A DNA stretch of 64,000 nucleotides, taken from Squalus acanthias. Its lineage: Eukaryota. This document shows positions 12,724-26,066 of this stretch, piece by piece. The translations under genes and the position numbers were made by a program. Below the pieces are notes generated by a model, which ran no database searches, had not been told where the DNA came from, and saw only the letters and a list, made by a program, of their open reading frames with translations. Numbering within the stretch: position 1 is the first letter of the stretch; every line of letters starts with the position of its first letter. The DNA is taken from positions 125,986,001-126,050,000 of the forward strand of contig CM059432.1 in the NCBI GenBank assembly GCA_030390025.1, given 5' to 3'.

Positions 12724-13780
12724 AGCCCCGATTTTAACCCAGGGCGGGAATCGGGCGTGCAGTGGGTGTGGCAGGCAGCAAACCCCCCATGACATTTTCA
12801 GCGTGAGGCCCAGGAGATTGACGGGCTTCTTTCCTGATCGCATTGCAAATCGAGCAGCCGGTTCACATGACACACGTAATTTCCTGCGCAACTCACAAGG
12901 CCTACTTAAAGTGGGGATGCATCCCCTGCAATAATCGTTGTACAAATGTGGAAGACTTTTTGAGGACACAGATGAGTCAAAGGGCTGCCCCCTTCCCAGC
13001 TTTTCAAATGCCTCCCTTGAGGTGCTAGCGGACGAAGTGAGGGCAAGCAAGTTGTTGTTCCCCAAAACACGCAAGGGTTTCCCAAAGCTAGAATGATGGA
13101 GGTCCGGACAGAGATGTCGGAATAGATCATTGTCACCTGCATCATCCCCAGGACCTGGGTTCTATGCAGGAATAGGTCAATGACCTGACAAGAGCAGCTA
13201 GGCTAAGTACAGCTCTTTATCTCTCCACCTCTCTCAACAGCACCTCACAATGCTTTTGTCACCCACTCCCCCAACGCTCTGAACAATTCCCTCTACTCCA
13301 TCAAATCCCTCAGCATACAATCATAAGGGCACACTGCCCCACCTCTCTGACTCATTCCAGGCACATTCATTTCTTCCTTTGCTCACTTCACATCACACAC
13401 TAACACCATTCTCTTCTCACATACTATCACTTTCATAGTCACCTACACTTCTTCCTCACTTCACATTACATACACTTCTCTTTACATTCATCATCTCCCC
13501 ATCCTCATTCGATCTTGCTGCTTCTCTATCTCTCAACACATCCACTATATGCACAAGCCCCACACATCTCCAATGACCTTCTCAACACACACTCACTAAC
13601 TGCTGCCCTCTTTTTCTGCAGGACAAGACCGCACATAATGCCAGGAAGAGGACCAAAATGGATGGAGGAGTCCCCAACATCATTGGACTCATCCAGGTAG
13701 AGCAGGAAGCCCTGAAGGTCACTGGCCCAGGCAGAGTCATGAGGATTGGAAAAGGAGAGGCTGGTGTTGTACCTAAGCAG
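12724..13780 (+). mobile_element. Harbinger relic: terminus plus degenerate Myb-like exons 1 and 2
   Basis: GCCCCGATTTTAAC terminus; PRTWV.CR..NDLTRAAR-like exon 1; acceptor ttttctgcag then DKTAHNARKRTKMDGGVP. Confidence 0.65.
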
Positions 13781-14409
13781 AGTCTCTGCACCTTACTTGT
13801 ATCCCTTCATTTAACTCGCAAATATGCAGCACACTTCATTACTTCAAGCTGCATTCTCAAGACTGTAATCTGCAAATGTCCATCTTCTATCTGCCATCCT
13901 AACTCTTGGCCCTTTTCTCTTTTACCATTGGCCAGGAGTTGAGAAGGTGGGATCAGAGTCAAATTGGGTATGTGTACAAACATAGCTCCTTTCTTTGTTT
14001 TCTGCATTTTGTTGTGGTTCTTGCATCTGAGTGTTCTGGTCTGGACACATGACTGATAATACCACATGGTTTCAAAGGACCAATTATCTTTCTTAAAAGC
14101 AACACTCAGCCACTCATGTATATTTAAATTGAATTGAAATTGTTTCGGTAGTAAACCCTTGATTGTTCCCAGGAACTTAAGGACAGCCAGGATCAGGCGT
14201 TGTAGTGTCAAATACAACGGTGATCCTGTTCAACAGTAATGCATTATTGTGGATATGAGGTCAGGTTGCAGTTGCAGGGGGATTGAGAATGCCCGGTAGG
14301 GATAAGCACCAGATAGAATTGAAATTCTATTTGATTAATGTACATGTGAAAACTTTTGACATTTTGACCCAGTTTTGATAAGGTGGATTCACATGGCCTA
14401 TCACTCTCA

Positions 14410-14705
14410 GGGCTACACAGTGGCATAGTGGTTAGCACTGTTGCCTCACAGCGCCAGGGACCCGGGTTCGAATCCGGCCTCGGGTGACTGTCTGTGTGGA
14501 GTTTGTACATTCTCCCCGTGTCTGCGTGGGTTTCCTCCCACAGTCCCCCAAAGATGTGCGGGTTAGGTTGATTTGGCTATGATAAATTGACCCTTAGTGT
14601 TAGGGGGGATTAAATATGTGGGGTTACAGAGATAGGGTGGGATATGTGTCAGTGCAGGCTCGATGGGCCGAAATGGCCTCTATCTGCACTGTGGGGATTC
14701 TGTGA
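14410..14705 (+). mobile_element. HE1-type V-SINE (tRNA head, V-domain, CR1-derived tail)
   Basis: CAGTGG..TAGTGGTTAGCACT A-box, GGTTCGAATCC B-box, and TGTGTGGAGTTTGTACATTCTCCCCGTGTCTGCGTGGGTTTCCTCC V-domain. Confidence 0.9.
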
Positions 14706-17700
14706 AATGGTAACACTCATACATTGCAAGGTATCTGTAAAAGGCATGAAAACTGCTATTAATGTTGATGTCATTTTGGCAGTAGCATTAAAAATGAGGG
14801 TGCTCCCAGCTCTCTGTGTGGGCCCCTTGAGGTGGCAGCTAGAGGGTAGGTGTGTGTCATTTAGTGAAATATGTATTATTTTTTATTGCTTTGTGTATTT
14901 CATTTCCGCAGTTGTCTAGCTGCTCTGAGGTTTTATTTAATCCCCAGAGGGTAGGCGGAGCACCTGACAGCCCATTAATATTGGAGAAGCACTTCTTCTG
15001 AAATGGTTCTCCACTGCTACCTCCCAGTCTCAATGCTGCAAAAATTGTCTTGTTAATATTGCAGGATGGTTTCTACTGCAGCTGCTCAGGTGCTATAAGA
15101 TTGTTGTTGTGACTGTATCCTTCAATGCTACTAGCATCCCTAACGGCTGCAGAAGATCTGTATAGACCTTTTAGTTTTGTACCGATTTTGGCCAGGAAAG
15201 TCTAAATTTGCTGCAAGGTCCAGGAATTCTTCTATGTCTCATGATGTGGAGACCTTAGTTATTACGTTTACGATGAAGAACAAACCTCAAAACTCTAGCC
15301 ATGATCGAACCTCCTGTCTTGCTCCTGTCCAGTTGTGAAGTTGGCAAAAGTGGAAACCCAAAGACCGAGGTTTAAACCACTCAGCCTGCTTGTGGCCAAG
15401 TTTTTTGGCCACCTCCACCTCTGATCGCACAACTCCCTGGTATTTACATCGGAGGCTGAGCTAATGCTGCCTCCGGTGGTGAGAGAGAAAACCACTTACT
15501 TTGGTGGCGCTTGCAGCCTCCAAAGGCAAGTGCACCACTGTGTTTACATTGCACATATGCTGCCGATGTTGGGCTTGCTGTGTATTGTAAGCATATTGGC
15601 CCGGATTTTGCGGTCAGTGGCAAACGAACGCCGCTCGCGGTTCATTACACTTACACTTTCCCACAGACTCTCTGTGGGCTTTTGCACTGCGACTTGTGGT
15701 AATTAGAGCATCAAAACAGCGCGGCGCCCTCTACAGGGGATCTGGAACCTGTGCAAACAGGGCAAGCAACGGTGTGTCTCCCTAACCAATCAGATTGAAG
15801 AATCCTTACTGAGGCACAGGGGGCTAAAAATTGGGTTGCGTAGTGCCCGTTGTTTGGGTGCGACCGGTGCCGATTTGGCTCGAAAATGGCATCCAAGCAG
15901 CGCGCGTGCACTTCTGGTGCAGGTCGCGCCGGACGCCATTTTGGTGGGGGCGTTAGCGTCGGTGCAGGGGGCGTGCACTGGAAATATGCAGAGTGCGCAG
16001 ATGGTGACGTCACACTGATTTGATGCCAGCGCTGCCATTTTAGACCTCAGCACTGGAGCTAACGCCCTCTCTTAACCTCGCACAGCTGAACATGCGTTCA
16101 GCAGCAGGAAGGACCACCCACCAGCAGTATTTAAAGGGATCGTGACCTACCTACGGGTTAGTTGCTGATTGATTTCTACTAGCTGTTGCTGAGTTTGTAG
16201 AAGTGTTTGGTGCTTTCTAGACTTCTTTAAAGTTGCCTAAAGTCTACAAGGAGTGGTGTGGCATGTGCTCAAGGCCTTGGTACAGACTGCTCAGACCAGT
16301 TGCTCCCAGGCATGGGTGCAGTAGTTTGTATCCCCCTTGGCCTGCAGCATAACCGGGAGAATAAGCAGAGGCGACACAGAGCAGGACAAGCTGCTAGAAG
16401 AGGTAGGAGAAGGAGGGGAGAAGGGCTCTCAGCAGGAGGCCATATCCACCCAGAGTCTTCAGGGAGCAATTCTCCTACCTCAACCTCAGTGAGGAACAGT
16501 GCATGCAATGTCTCCATTTTACTAAGGAGGCGCTCAGTGAACACTGCTGCAGGCAGACCTACAGCCTCATTCCAGGGCGAGAATGGCATTGCCAGTGGCT
16601 GTAAAGGTGACCGTGGCCTTGAGCTTCTTCGTGTCGGGCTCCTTCCAGACTGGAGCAGGCAACATCTGTAACATCTCCTAGTTCACCATCCACTGCTATA
16701 TAAGGGAGGTGAGTGAGGCTCTGTATGCAAAGAGAGCTGAATACATTTCATTCTCTCTTGCCAATTTAAAAATGAGTTAAACTGTCTGTACAGTAATGCA
16801 TACAGTGTCCGTAATAAAACAGTGGAACTGGAGGCAATAATACATTGTGAGGAACCAGATATAGTAGGGATTACTGAGACATGGCTATAGAAAAATCAGG
16901 ACTGGGAATTAAACATTGCAGGATAAAACATATTTAGAAAAGATAGGAAGGGAAAATGGGGAGGTGGAGTAGCTGTACTTATTAGGGATAACATAATGGC
17001 AGTAGAAAAAAGTGACGCAGCTATCAGTAAGACAGAAATAGAATCCATGTGGTTAGAGATAAAAGATACTAAAGGAACAATCACACTAATAGGGGTACTC
17101 TACAGACCACCTAATAGTGGAAGGGAGGTGGAGGAAGAAATATGCAAACAAATTAGGGAAATGAGTAAAAAACATAGAATAATAATCATGGAGGATTTCA
17201 ACTATCCTGATATTAATTGGCCAGAAGAGGTAGGTAAAGATGATAAGGGAATGGAGTTTCTAAAATGTGTACAGGACTCCTTTCTAACCCAATATGTAAG
17301 AAGCCCGACAAGGGAGGATTCACTACTGGATCTAGTAATGGGGAATGAACCAGATCAGATAAGAGAAGTAAAAGTAGGGGAACATCTAGGCAATAGTGAC
17401 CACAATATAATATGCTTTAAGATAATAATTGAGAAGGACATAAGTATGACAAGGATCAGGGTAATAGATTGGACAAAAGCTGATTTTGAGGGGCTGAGAA
17501 TAGAACTTGGGAAAATAAAATGAACAACAATATTGGCAAACAATGATGCAGAACAGCAATGGGAAACATTTAAAACGGTATTCAACAGAATCCAGGAAAA
17601 ATAGATTCCGCTAAAAAAAAAGAACAAGATAAACACTAATGAGACACCATGAATGAATAAAGACATAAGGGAAAAATTGAGGGTAAGGAAAGAGGCATAA

Positions 17701-18360
17701 ACAAAGTACATGGACAGCAGGGGAAAACACGACAAGGGAGAATATGAAGAGATTAGGAGAGATATCAGAAAAAACAATTAGGAAGGAAAAGAGGAAGCAT
17801 GAAATTAAATTATCAAGGAACATAAAACAAAATAGTAAAATATTCTACAGGCACATATATAAAAAAAGGAAAGTCGGGATGGGAATAGGGCCACTAAGGG
17901 ATGGACAGGATAAAATCACAGGCAATAATAGAGAAATGGCAGAAATATTAAATAATTACTGTACTTCATTATTTACCAGGAAGACAGATCAGGTGGACAT
18001 GAGTTCGGATGAAGAGATTAGAAATGAGATAATCGCATTTAAAATAAAAAGAGCAGAAATATTAAATAAACTAATCAAACTCAAAGAGGATAAAACCCCT
18101 GGTCTGGATGGATTACATCCGCGCATTTTAAAAGAATCTAGGGAAGAGATGGCAGAGACATTACTACACATAGTTAATAATTCATTAGAAAAAGGTGTGG
18201 TGCCAGAGGACTGGCGGATAGCTAACGTAATACCTATATTTAAGAAGGGAGTTAGAACATGTCCAGGGAACTATAGACCAGGCAGCTTAACATCGGTGGT
18301 AGGAAAAATAATGGAATCCCTATTAAAGGAGAAACTAGAAGAACATCTAGAAACCAAAAA

Positions 18361-18632
18361 TGTGTGGGTTAGGTTGATTTGGCTATGATAAATTGACCCT
18401 TAGTGTTAGGGGGGATTAAATATGTGGGGTTATGGGGATAGGATGGGATATGTTAGGGGGAATTAGATATGTGGGGTTACGGGGGTAGGGTGGGATATGT
18501 GTACTGTGGGGATTAAAGCAGGGACAGGGTACTGGATTTGGATGATCAGCCATGATCGTATTGAATGGCGGAGCAGGCTCGACGGGCCGAATGGCCTACT
18601 CCTGCTCCTAGATTCTATGTTTCTATGTTTCT
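18361..18632 (+). mobile_element. 5'-truncated HE1-type SINE with a different CR1 tail
   Basis: 18361-18450 matches 14555-14645; the last ~115 bp match the CR1 tail at 49840-49949; (TTTCTATG)n end. Confidence 0.85.
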
Positions 18633-19604
18633 ATGAATAGTCAGCATGGATTTCAAAAGGGAAAGTCTTGCTTGACCAACCTAGTTGAATTTTTTGAAGA
18701 GGTAACAGAGAGAGTAGACAAGGGTAATGTAGTAGATGTAATTTATCTAGATTTTCAAAAGGCCTTCGATAAGGTGCCACATAATAGACTAATGATTAAA
18801 GTCAGAGAATGCGGAGTCAGTTGAAAAGTAGCAGAATGGATAGCTGGCTGGCTTCAAGACAGAAAGCAGAGAGTAGGGGTAAAGTGTAGCTATTCAGAGT
18901 GGGAGAAAGTGGGAAGTGGTGTTCCACAAGGATTAGTGCTGGGACCACTGTTGTTCACAATTGATATTAACAATTTAGATTTTTAAATCAAAAACACAAA
19001 TTTCTAAATTTGCGGATGATACCAAATTGGGGGGGATAGTCAATACTGAAGAGGACTGCAAGAAATTACAAGAAGACATTAATAGACTTGCAGAATGGGC
19101 ATATAACTGGCAAATGAATTTCAACACAGATAAATGTGAAGTATTACATTTTGGTAAGAAAAATAAGGAGGTCACATATTACTTGGAAAATAGAATCTAA
19201 ATGGGGTAGAAGAGCAAAGGGATCTCAGAGTACAAATATACAAATCATTAAAAATAGCGATGCAGGTTAATAAGGCCATAACAAAAAGCAAACCAAGCAC
19301 TAGGGTTTATTTCTAGAGGGATAGAATTGAAAAGTAGGGAAGTTATGCTGAACTTTTATCGAACATTGGTTAGACCACACTTGGAGTACTGTGTAGAATT
19401 CTGGTTGCCATATTATATAAAGGATATAGAGGCACTGGAGAGGGTGCAAAAAAGATTTACAAGGATGATACCGGAAATGCGAGGGTATACCTATCAGGAA
19501 AGGATGAACAGGCTGGGTCTCTTTTCTCTTGAAAAGAGAAGGCTGAGGGGTGACCTAATAGAGGTCTTTAAAATTATCAAAGTTTTTGATAGAGTAGACA
19601 CAGA

Positions 19605-22177
19605 GGCCACGATTTTGCCGGCGCTCAGAGGGTGGATTTGGAGGTGGGTCAGGTGTTAAAGTCGCAATGATTGACGGCGGGTTGGAAACACGCTGCGAAC
19701 CCACCTCCGTGTGAGTTTCAAGAGTGTCAGGTCTGCGATTTCACAACAGGCCCGACACCAAGCGGCGGGTAAGAGATTTAAGGCACTTAAGTCCTTGTTA
19801 AGTGCTTGTTAACTGCTATTTTGACAGCCTTTTGCAATTTTGCAACATTTTATTCGGGTTTCACGACATTCGGAGATCACGTCAGGTAAGTATGTCGGGA
19901 GCACCAATGAGCTGGAAACTTCACAGCTGCAATTGCAGTCTAAAAGCTGCACTCTCAAATCTGCTCAATTTCAAATGTCAGGGGTTGCTGATTTCATGAT
20001 TTGGGAGACTGTCTTGAAGCAGTAAGTGTCTGTTGTTAACTTTATATCCACTGTCACCTGCATTGCTGGACATAAAAGGCGTCCTCGCCCTTCACTCTGC
20101 CACCTCAAATTGTGAGCACACAAATGGCAACGATGTCAAACGTTCATACAAGATTAATTTATTCCAACATAATAAAAGAACAGAAACTTAACATTAAATT
20201 CTATCAGAACACCCAAGTGAGTACCCTTGTGATCATTTATGTGTCAGCTTTCTCTTATGCATGCTTCTACGTTGTGCTACCCCTGTGGCTTCAGCAGATG
20301 CAGAGACAGCTTGCTCACTTCCCTGCTGCACCTGCTTAGATGCCTTTGGCGGTTGTCCTCTGGGTTTTGGAGCCTTTGAAGGCCCCGCCAAAGTCTGCTC
20401 CTCCTGCGGCTGCACAGGGCAGACTCGGCCATCACTGCTCCGGCAGTCATCTGGGGCTCTGACCGAGGGGTTAGCAAGGGGATGGATGTTGAAGCGCTTG
20501 GAGAGGAGCCCCACTTGCATGTCACCTCCCACCATCATCCCTCTCATGGGCCACCCACACTTCTCTGCTAGCAAGTGGCCGGAGAGCACCTTGCTGCACA
20601 TCAGTGGAGCCATGAGGACCCGTCTCTTTACTGACAGTCCTCATAACGGGGATGTCCATGTACCTCTGGTTCCTCTCCACGATAGATGCCCATCTATCCT
20701 CCATTGCTGACCATCTTTTAAGAAGAGTCACCATATTCATTTGAGTCTGGCGATTTATGTCCTCCATGGAGGTTGCCATCCTTTCCATGGCGGCACCTAC
20801 ATTCGCCATTGCGTGCACCACGGCATTGCTCATGTTTGAGATGGACTCCTCCATTCTCTGCACACTCGCAGTCACCGTGGTTGCAAACCCAGTCAGAGCC
20901 TCCTGCACTTGTTCCTGAAACTTCAGCACCGCTCTCTTTCTGGATGGCCCCCAAGGCTCAGTGTCTACATGCAGCTGAACAGAGCAAGGAGCGTCCTGCG
21001 GCCTCCAACGAGGAGTCTCCACTGCTGTCCCTGTCTCCACCATCTGATCTTGCTCACTTGTGAGCTGTGATACACCAGGTGACAACACTACTCTATGTCG
21101 CAAAGGACCCACCAAGGTGTGTGTCTCTGCGCTGGTGCCAGGTGCGCTCATTGCCGCTGACGCTGCTCCCTCAGAGAGTGCAGCATCCTCTGAGGAGTCC
21201 TCCTGCTCTTCCTCCTGGACAGTAGTGAGGGGGGCTCTTGCTGGTCCTGTGAGAGAGTAAGGACATGAGTTAGATATGTGATATGTAGATTGCAGACACA
21301 TCCCATTGTGCACATGATGAGCATTCAATTTCTATTGACATCAGATGCCATATGTGCCACTCATGAAAGCCAAATAAGATGGATGGAGCAGCATTCTGTC
21401 ACCAGGTTGTTGAACTGAGCCCGTCTCTCCATCCCCCACTTCGAGCTGTTCCACCGATCCCACAATGTCCACAGCGACCTCCTCAGTGTTGGTCAGCTGT
21501 GATAAGGATGGTGGTCCTCCTCCTGTTCTCTCCCTCTCCCTCTTATTGTGGCCTCTCTTTTCCTGCAATGAGGGAAAGAAGTGGAGTTTCAGTGAGAGTG
21601 ATGAAATGAGTGTAAAGAATGGATAGGATAGATGTTTAGAGGGAGACTGTGAAGGAGTGGGTTCCCATTATGGAGTTCCCTCCTTTTGAGTTGTTAGATG
21701 TTGTCAGTACATAACCTTGAGGGTGGGTGTGAGGGGTGCATAGTAAGATGGGGAAGTGATTCTGTCCTCCTCAGCTATTCACAGCCAGGCTGCCTTTGTC
21801 GGCTGAGGAGGTTTCCTTCTTCCATCAGCTGGGTATAGGGCCTCCCGACGTCCTCTGACTCCCTCCACGTTGAAGCGGGGAGCTGCCTTTTGTTTCTCTG
21901 CAGACATCGTGGTGAGAAGCAGCAGTCAGAAGCACCAGAAACGACCTGAGATCTAATGGGGAAATGGTTTCCTTAAATGCACCGGCTACAAACGCGTCAA
22001 CATATCAGCTGAACAGACCCGCACCTTGTGATCAGGGCGGGTAACCCACACGGCGGGCTTAATGAGCCCAATTAACCGAAAATTGTGTCAGCAGGTCGGC
22101 TAGGGCCGGCAGTGGGACCGGAACCCTCCAACTACCGATCTCGACGCCAACCCGCCTCCAAGAAGAAAATCGCGGCC
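19605..22177 (-). mobile_element. Non-autonomous Harbinger (2573 bp) retaining a Myb-like gene but lacking transposase
   Basis: TIRs GGCCACGATTTT / AAAATCGCGGCC; TSD AGA; the CR1 sequence rejoins across the insert. Confidence 0.9.
20522..21907 (-). pseudogene. Three-exon Harbinger Myb/SANT-like (MSANTD-type) gene; exon 1 damaged, exons 2-3 open
   Basis: MSAEKQKAAPRF...AAWL* from ATG 21907; exon 2 EKRGHNKRERERTGGGPP after a tgcag acceptor; exon 3 open for ~240 codons. Confidence 0.8.
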
Positions 22178-23261
22178 AGAGAGAGTGTTTCCACTTGTGG
22201 GGAAGAGCAAAACTAGAGGCCATCAATATAAGATAGTCGGCAAAAAATTTAATAGGGAATTCAGAAGAAACTTCTTTACCCAGAGTGGTGAGAATGTGGA
22301 GCTCGCTACCACAGGGAGTGGTTGAAGCGAATAGTATAGATGCATTTAAGGGGAGGCTAGACAAGCATATGGAGGGAGAAGGGAATAGAGGGTTATGCTG
22401 ATAGATTTAGATGAGGAAAGACGGGAGGAGGCTCGAGTGGAGCATAAACGCCGGCATGGACTGGTTGGGCCGAATGGCCTGTTTCTGTGCTGTATATCCT
22501 GTGTAATCCTATGTAGAGGCAGGCGGAGCGAGCACGCGGCATCGCCAGGATAGCCGGCTTCCCCAGGGTGCAGGGGGCCATTGACTGCACACACGTTGCT
22601 TTGCGGGCCTGGCATTTCAATTCGGAGATTTAGCGCAACCGGAAGGGTTTCCAATCTCTCAATGTCCAACTGGTGTGCAACCATACTGAGCGCAACATGC
22701 AAGTCCACGCTCGGTATCCTGGCAGCATGCCTTCATTCTACCGCAGTCCGCTCTACCATCACACGTGGGCAGCGAGCATATAACGAAAGCCATGCTGCCA
22801 CATGGAATCTGAGAGCAGACCATTGGCGTCCTTAAACAACGCTTCTGCTGCCTGGACTGCTCTGGAGCAGCCTTGCAGTACTCACCAGAGCGCATGCTCC
22901 ACAACCTCACCATCATGAGGGCACAGCCCTTGCCACCAGGCATACGGCGACCAGCTGAGGAGGAAGAAGAGGAGGAGGACGAGGAGTAAGCGGAAGGGAG
23001 GAGGCAACCCAGACAGCCCCTTTCTGCCCGGGCCGTCCATGATCGACTCATCCGACTGCGGTACCAGTGAACGCAACACCAATTCCATATTCAATAATAG
23101 TCCGACACTTTACCTTCCCTCTGTTGTGGACCATCACAGCGTCCTCTTGGCCACAATGCTACAATAAAAGCCACTACAAAGCATACATTCCAAACCAATT
23201 TTATGAATCAAACCATTACAATATTTAATCAAAAGTCAACTAATCACCCTTGTGCGTTTCC

Positions 23262-25091
23262 TTAGTGCCTGTCTTCTATGTGCCTTTGCCTGCCCTGGTG
23301 CTCCTACGCAGTGCTACCCCAATGGTTGAAGCATTATGGTGGAACGCTGTTGATTTTCAGTGGGGGACAACATTCCCTTTAAGCTGTGCTCTGCAGCTCC
23401 CACACAGCCGGCTCACTGGCTTTTAAATAGGAAAAAACATGCATGTGGGGTATTTTGAATGGGCCACGCAGCCCCTTAAAGGGGCCTCCCACCCAAAAAA
23501 AAGTTAAAGGGAACATTGGTGGGGGAGACTGCAGATGGCCTTGCAGGACGACCTCGAGCAGCTCTGGGCCTAGTTGGCCTGAATTCGGACTGCACCACCT
23601 CGGTATGGGCAACAGCAGTCTGGGCTGGCTGGCAGGCAGGCAACAGCAAGGGCACTGGCAGAGTGGCAGTAGTGGGAGGACGAATGCTGTCATCCTGAGA
23701 GAGGACAGCATGTTCGTGCTCCACGGAGCTATTGTGCTGTAATGGAAGCTGAGACATCGGCCATCAGGCGCTGCATGATGGTTGGGTCCACAAGTGTGCT
23801 AATGGATCTGCCGACCCTTTTCATGCTGGAAAGGTTGGGCTCCAAGCTCTGAGCAAAGCCCTATGCAAGGTTGGTGCCGGACTCCTCCATGCTCCTTGAT
23901 ATTGCATTCAGGCTTTCTGGCAGGCCTGCCAATGCACCAAGCATTACCCATCAGCTTTGTTCTGTAGGCCGCCCCTTCATAGTCCTCATCTGAGCCCTGT
24001 GCAGCAGAACACGTGTGCAACCTCGGCCTCCGGGGAGCTGGCACCTGTGCTACCCTTCTCCCCTGTCCTGGCTGCAGCTCATTCATGCCCGGTGACTCAC
24101 CACGTGCAAAACCCATCTCTAAACTACCCCCTCAAGTCTGCACAGTGCCAGTATCTGAGCTGGTGGCTGCGACTGTCAGATCAAGTGATAATGTTTCTTC
24201 TTCATCAGCATTTCCCTCTTCCTCTTGCACCATTGCCAGGCCAGGTTAGATTTCTTGGGTCTCTGAAATGATAAAGGCACAAAGGTAGGGTTGTGGGGAG
24301 GGGAGGGGAGGGGGAAAGCAAGAGGTGCACGCTTACACCATCTGCAACATGTAAGTCACAAGAGATTGTGGGATATGGGGAAGTGGGATGTGAGCAGGGG
24401 GATTAGGTATAAGCATACTGTCATATTCAATGATTTCAGCACCACCGCTGACCATGGCCTCAGTCACAGCCACTCAAATTATGCCGTGCACCATCTCCTC
24501 GAGCGGGGTCAGGATATGGAGAAACGCCTGTCCCCCTCTGGTCAGCTGCCACTGCCTACAGTTTTGTGCCACCTTGACCTGCAAGAGAGAGGGATGTGTG
24601 TCAGTGTGGTGAAATGTGTTTGGCTGGTGTGGCTGTCATGGTTGAATAGCTGGCAGTGTGTGTGAGATGTGGGTGTGAGGCTTGCAGCAGTGGTAAGTCT
24701 GTGAGGGTGAGATGGAGCATATGAACGTAGATATGAGTCGTGATTGATAGAAATTTTTGGTAGGTGAGTAATTGGGGTGTGGTGCATTGAGCAGTGTGTG
24801 AGGCTGGTGGTGCAGTTTGTGGAATATGGCATTTGAAGGTGCATTCACTGACCTTGACTATTCGTGTGAGGTCATTGAACTTCTTCTGGCACTGCATCCA
24901 GGTCCTCGGGACAACACTGTTGGCATTGACCTCCATGGCTATCTGCTCCCACTGCCTTCGCAGTGTCTGGCTAAATGGCCTCCTGCCTCCTGTGGAAACA
25001 AGACCTCTCTCCTCCTCGCCACCTCCTGTACTAATGCCGCGAGTGCTGTGTCTGAGAACCTTGGACCCCTTTCTCTGGCCTGCTGTGCCAT
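23262..25091 (-). pseudogene. Myb/SANT-like gene of Harbinger 15820-25419
   Basis: MAQQARERGPRFSDTALAALVQEV...QWEQIAMEVNA..VVPRTWMQCQKKFNDLTRIVK|gtcagt; exon 2 VKVAQN.RQWQLTRGG. Confidence 0.82.
23368..23518 (+). mobile_element. hAT-type MITE (151 bp)
   Basis: TIRs CAACATTCCCTTTAA / TTAAAGGGAACATTG; perfect 8-bp TSD GTGGGGGA. Confidence 0.88.
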
Positions 25092-26012
25092 TTCTGTATG
25101 TTTCCCAGATGAAACTCCCATCTGCAATTACTTCCAGCACCTGGTGTCAGCAAACTGCACCTCCCCTTTAAGAGGTGCAGGCTGGCTTTAAGAACTGCAG
25201 GCTGGCTTTAATTGGTGCTAGCCTTGCACAAACTTGAGCCCCCTGCTGAGCATGCAGCCACTCAGCAGTGCATTTAGCGCTGGGCTGCAAGCCACTTTCA
25301 TTTAAATTAACAGGCAGCACAAAGTTTGCCACTTGCCTGCATTACTTTGAACGGGCACGGATTAATCATGCATTGCAATCCCCATGCCCGTTTTTGGGGG
25401 CTATCGAGTTTTTAGCCCGCAGAGTCTAAACCAAGAAGTGTATATTAGCATAATGAATTCAATGCCTAATCATGTACAGAAAGCAAAATAAAGAGAGGGA
25501 AAGAAAGATGGGATTAAGAGAGAGAGAAAAAAAAGACAGAAAGAAAAAAATAAAAAGAAATTATTGAAATCTTTTAACATCTCCAACAATAATTAAAATC
25601 TTAAGGAATGAGACTCCACGCTTTTAAAAGTAAATTTTCAGGGCCAGAGAGGTTGTTTGGCAGTAATTAAGACTTATCACGGCGTTAAAAATTTACTTAC
25701 ACTTGCATGGACAAGCCCTAACTTTCTCTGGCGTGTTTAGTGGGTACCTAATGGGCAAGTACCGCAACTTCACACCCTTCATGTGTTTGAATGCCGAGTC
25801 TCTCAGTGAGATACTGGTGCAGCGAATCTTCTGGAGGAGCAGGGCAACTCGGATGCCAGAAGTTGCTATCCGATTTACTCCTTAATAACGGTGAGCACCG
25901 ATAGCCTCACTGTTATTCTTAGCGCAAAATCTAGGCCAATGTAAATTAAGCATGAGACATCTGCTTTCCTTTTAGGTTCTTTCACCCTGATTGCTCTGAC
26001 ACATGTAGTTAC

Positions 26013-26066
26013 CCATATTTTGGAAGGTTTTCCTGGAGTTCAGATTCACATTTGAGCTGTTCAAAC
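26013..26066 (-). other. Candidate 54-bp exon
   Basis: Pyrimidine tract plus aag acceptor; G|gtaact donor; open in phases 1 and 2. Confidence 0.3.

Larger units (their letters stand above)
16764..22514 (+). mobile_element. CR1 LINE ORF2 (APE endonuclease + RT) to 3' tail, degenerate, with inserts at 18361-18632 and 19605-22177
   Basis: GITETW, GVLYRPP, DFNYPDINW, SDHN, PGLDG, DFQKAFDKVPH and FADD motifs with multiple stops and frameshifts. Confidence 0.95.
16312..23070 (+). pseudogene. HARBI1-type DDE transposase, split (16312-16763 and 22515-23070), frameshifted and internally deleted
   Basis: RRRPYPPRVFREQFSYL-like N-terminus; IAGFPRVQGAIDCTHVALR (first catalytic D); [26 protein letters not shown]; acidic tail. 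Confidence 0.88.
15820..25419. mobile_element. Once-autonomous PIF/Harbinger transposon with convergent transposase and Myb-like genes, interrupted by CR1
   Basis: TIRs GGGGCTAAAAA / TTTTTAGCCCG; TSD CAG on both sides; both genes recognisable. Confidence 0.88.
15598..25937. mobile_element. Outer Harbinger-type MITE (15598-15819 plus 25423-25937) hosting nested insertions
   Basis: TIRs GGCCCGGATTTTGCG / CGCAAAATCTAGGCC; flanks ATT / AAT. Confidence 0.7.

Noticed and set aside
14410..14480. tRNA-like A/B boxes here and at SacSINE1 heads
   Set aside because: SINE heads followed by SINE bodies, not tRNA genes.
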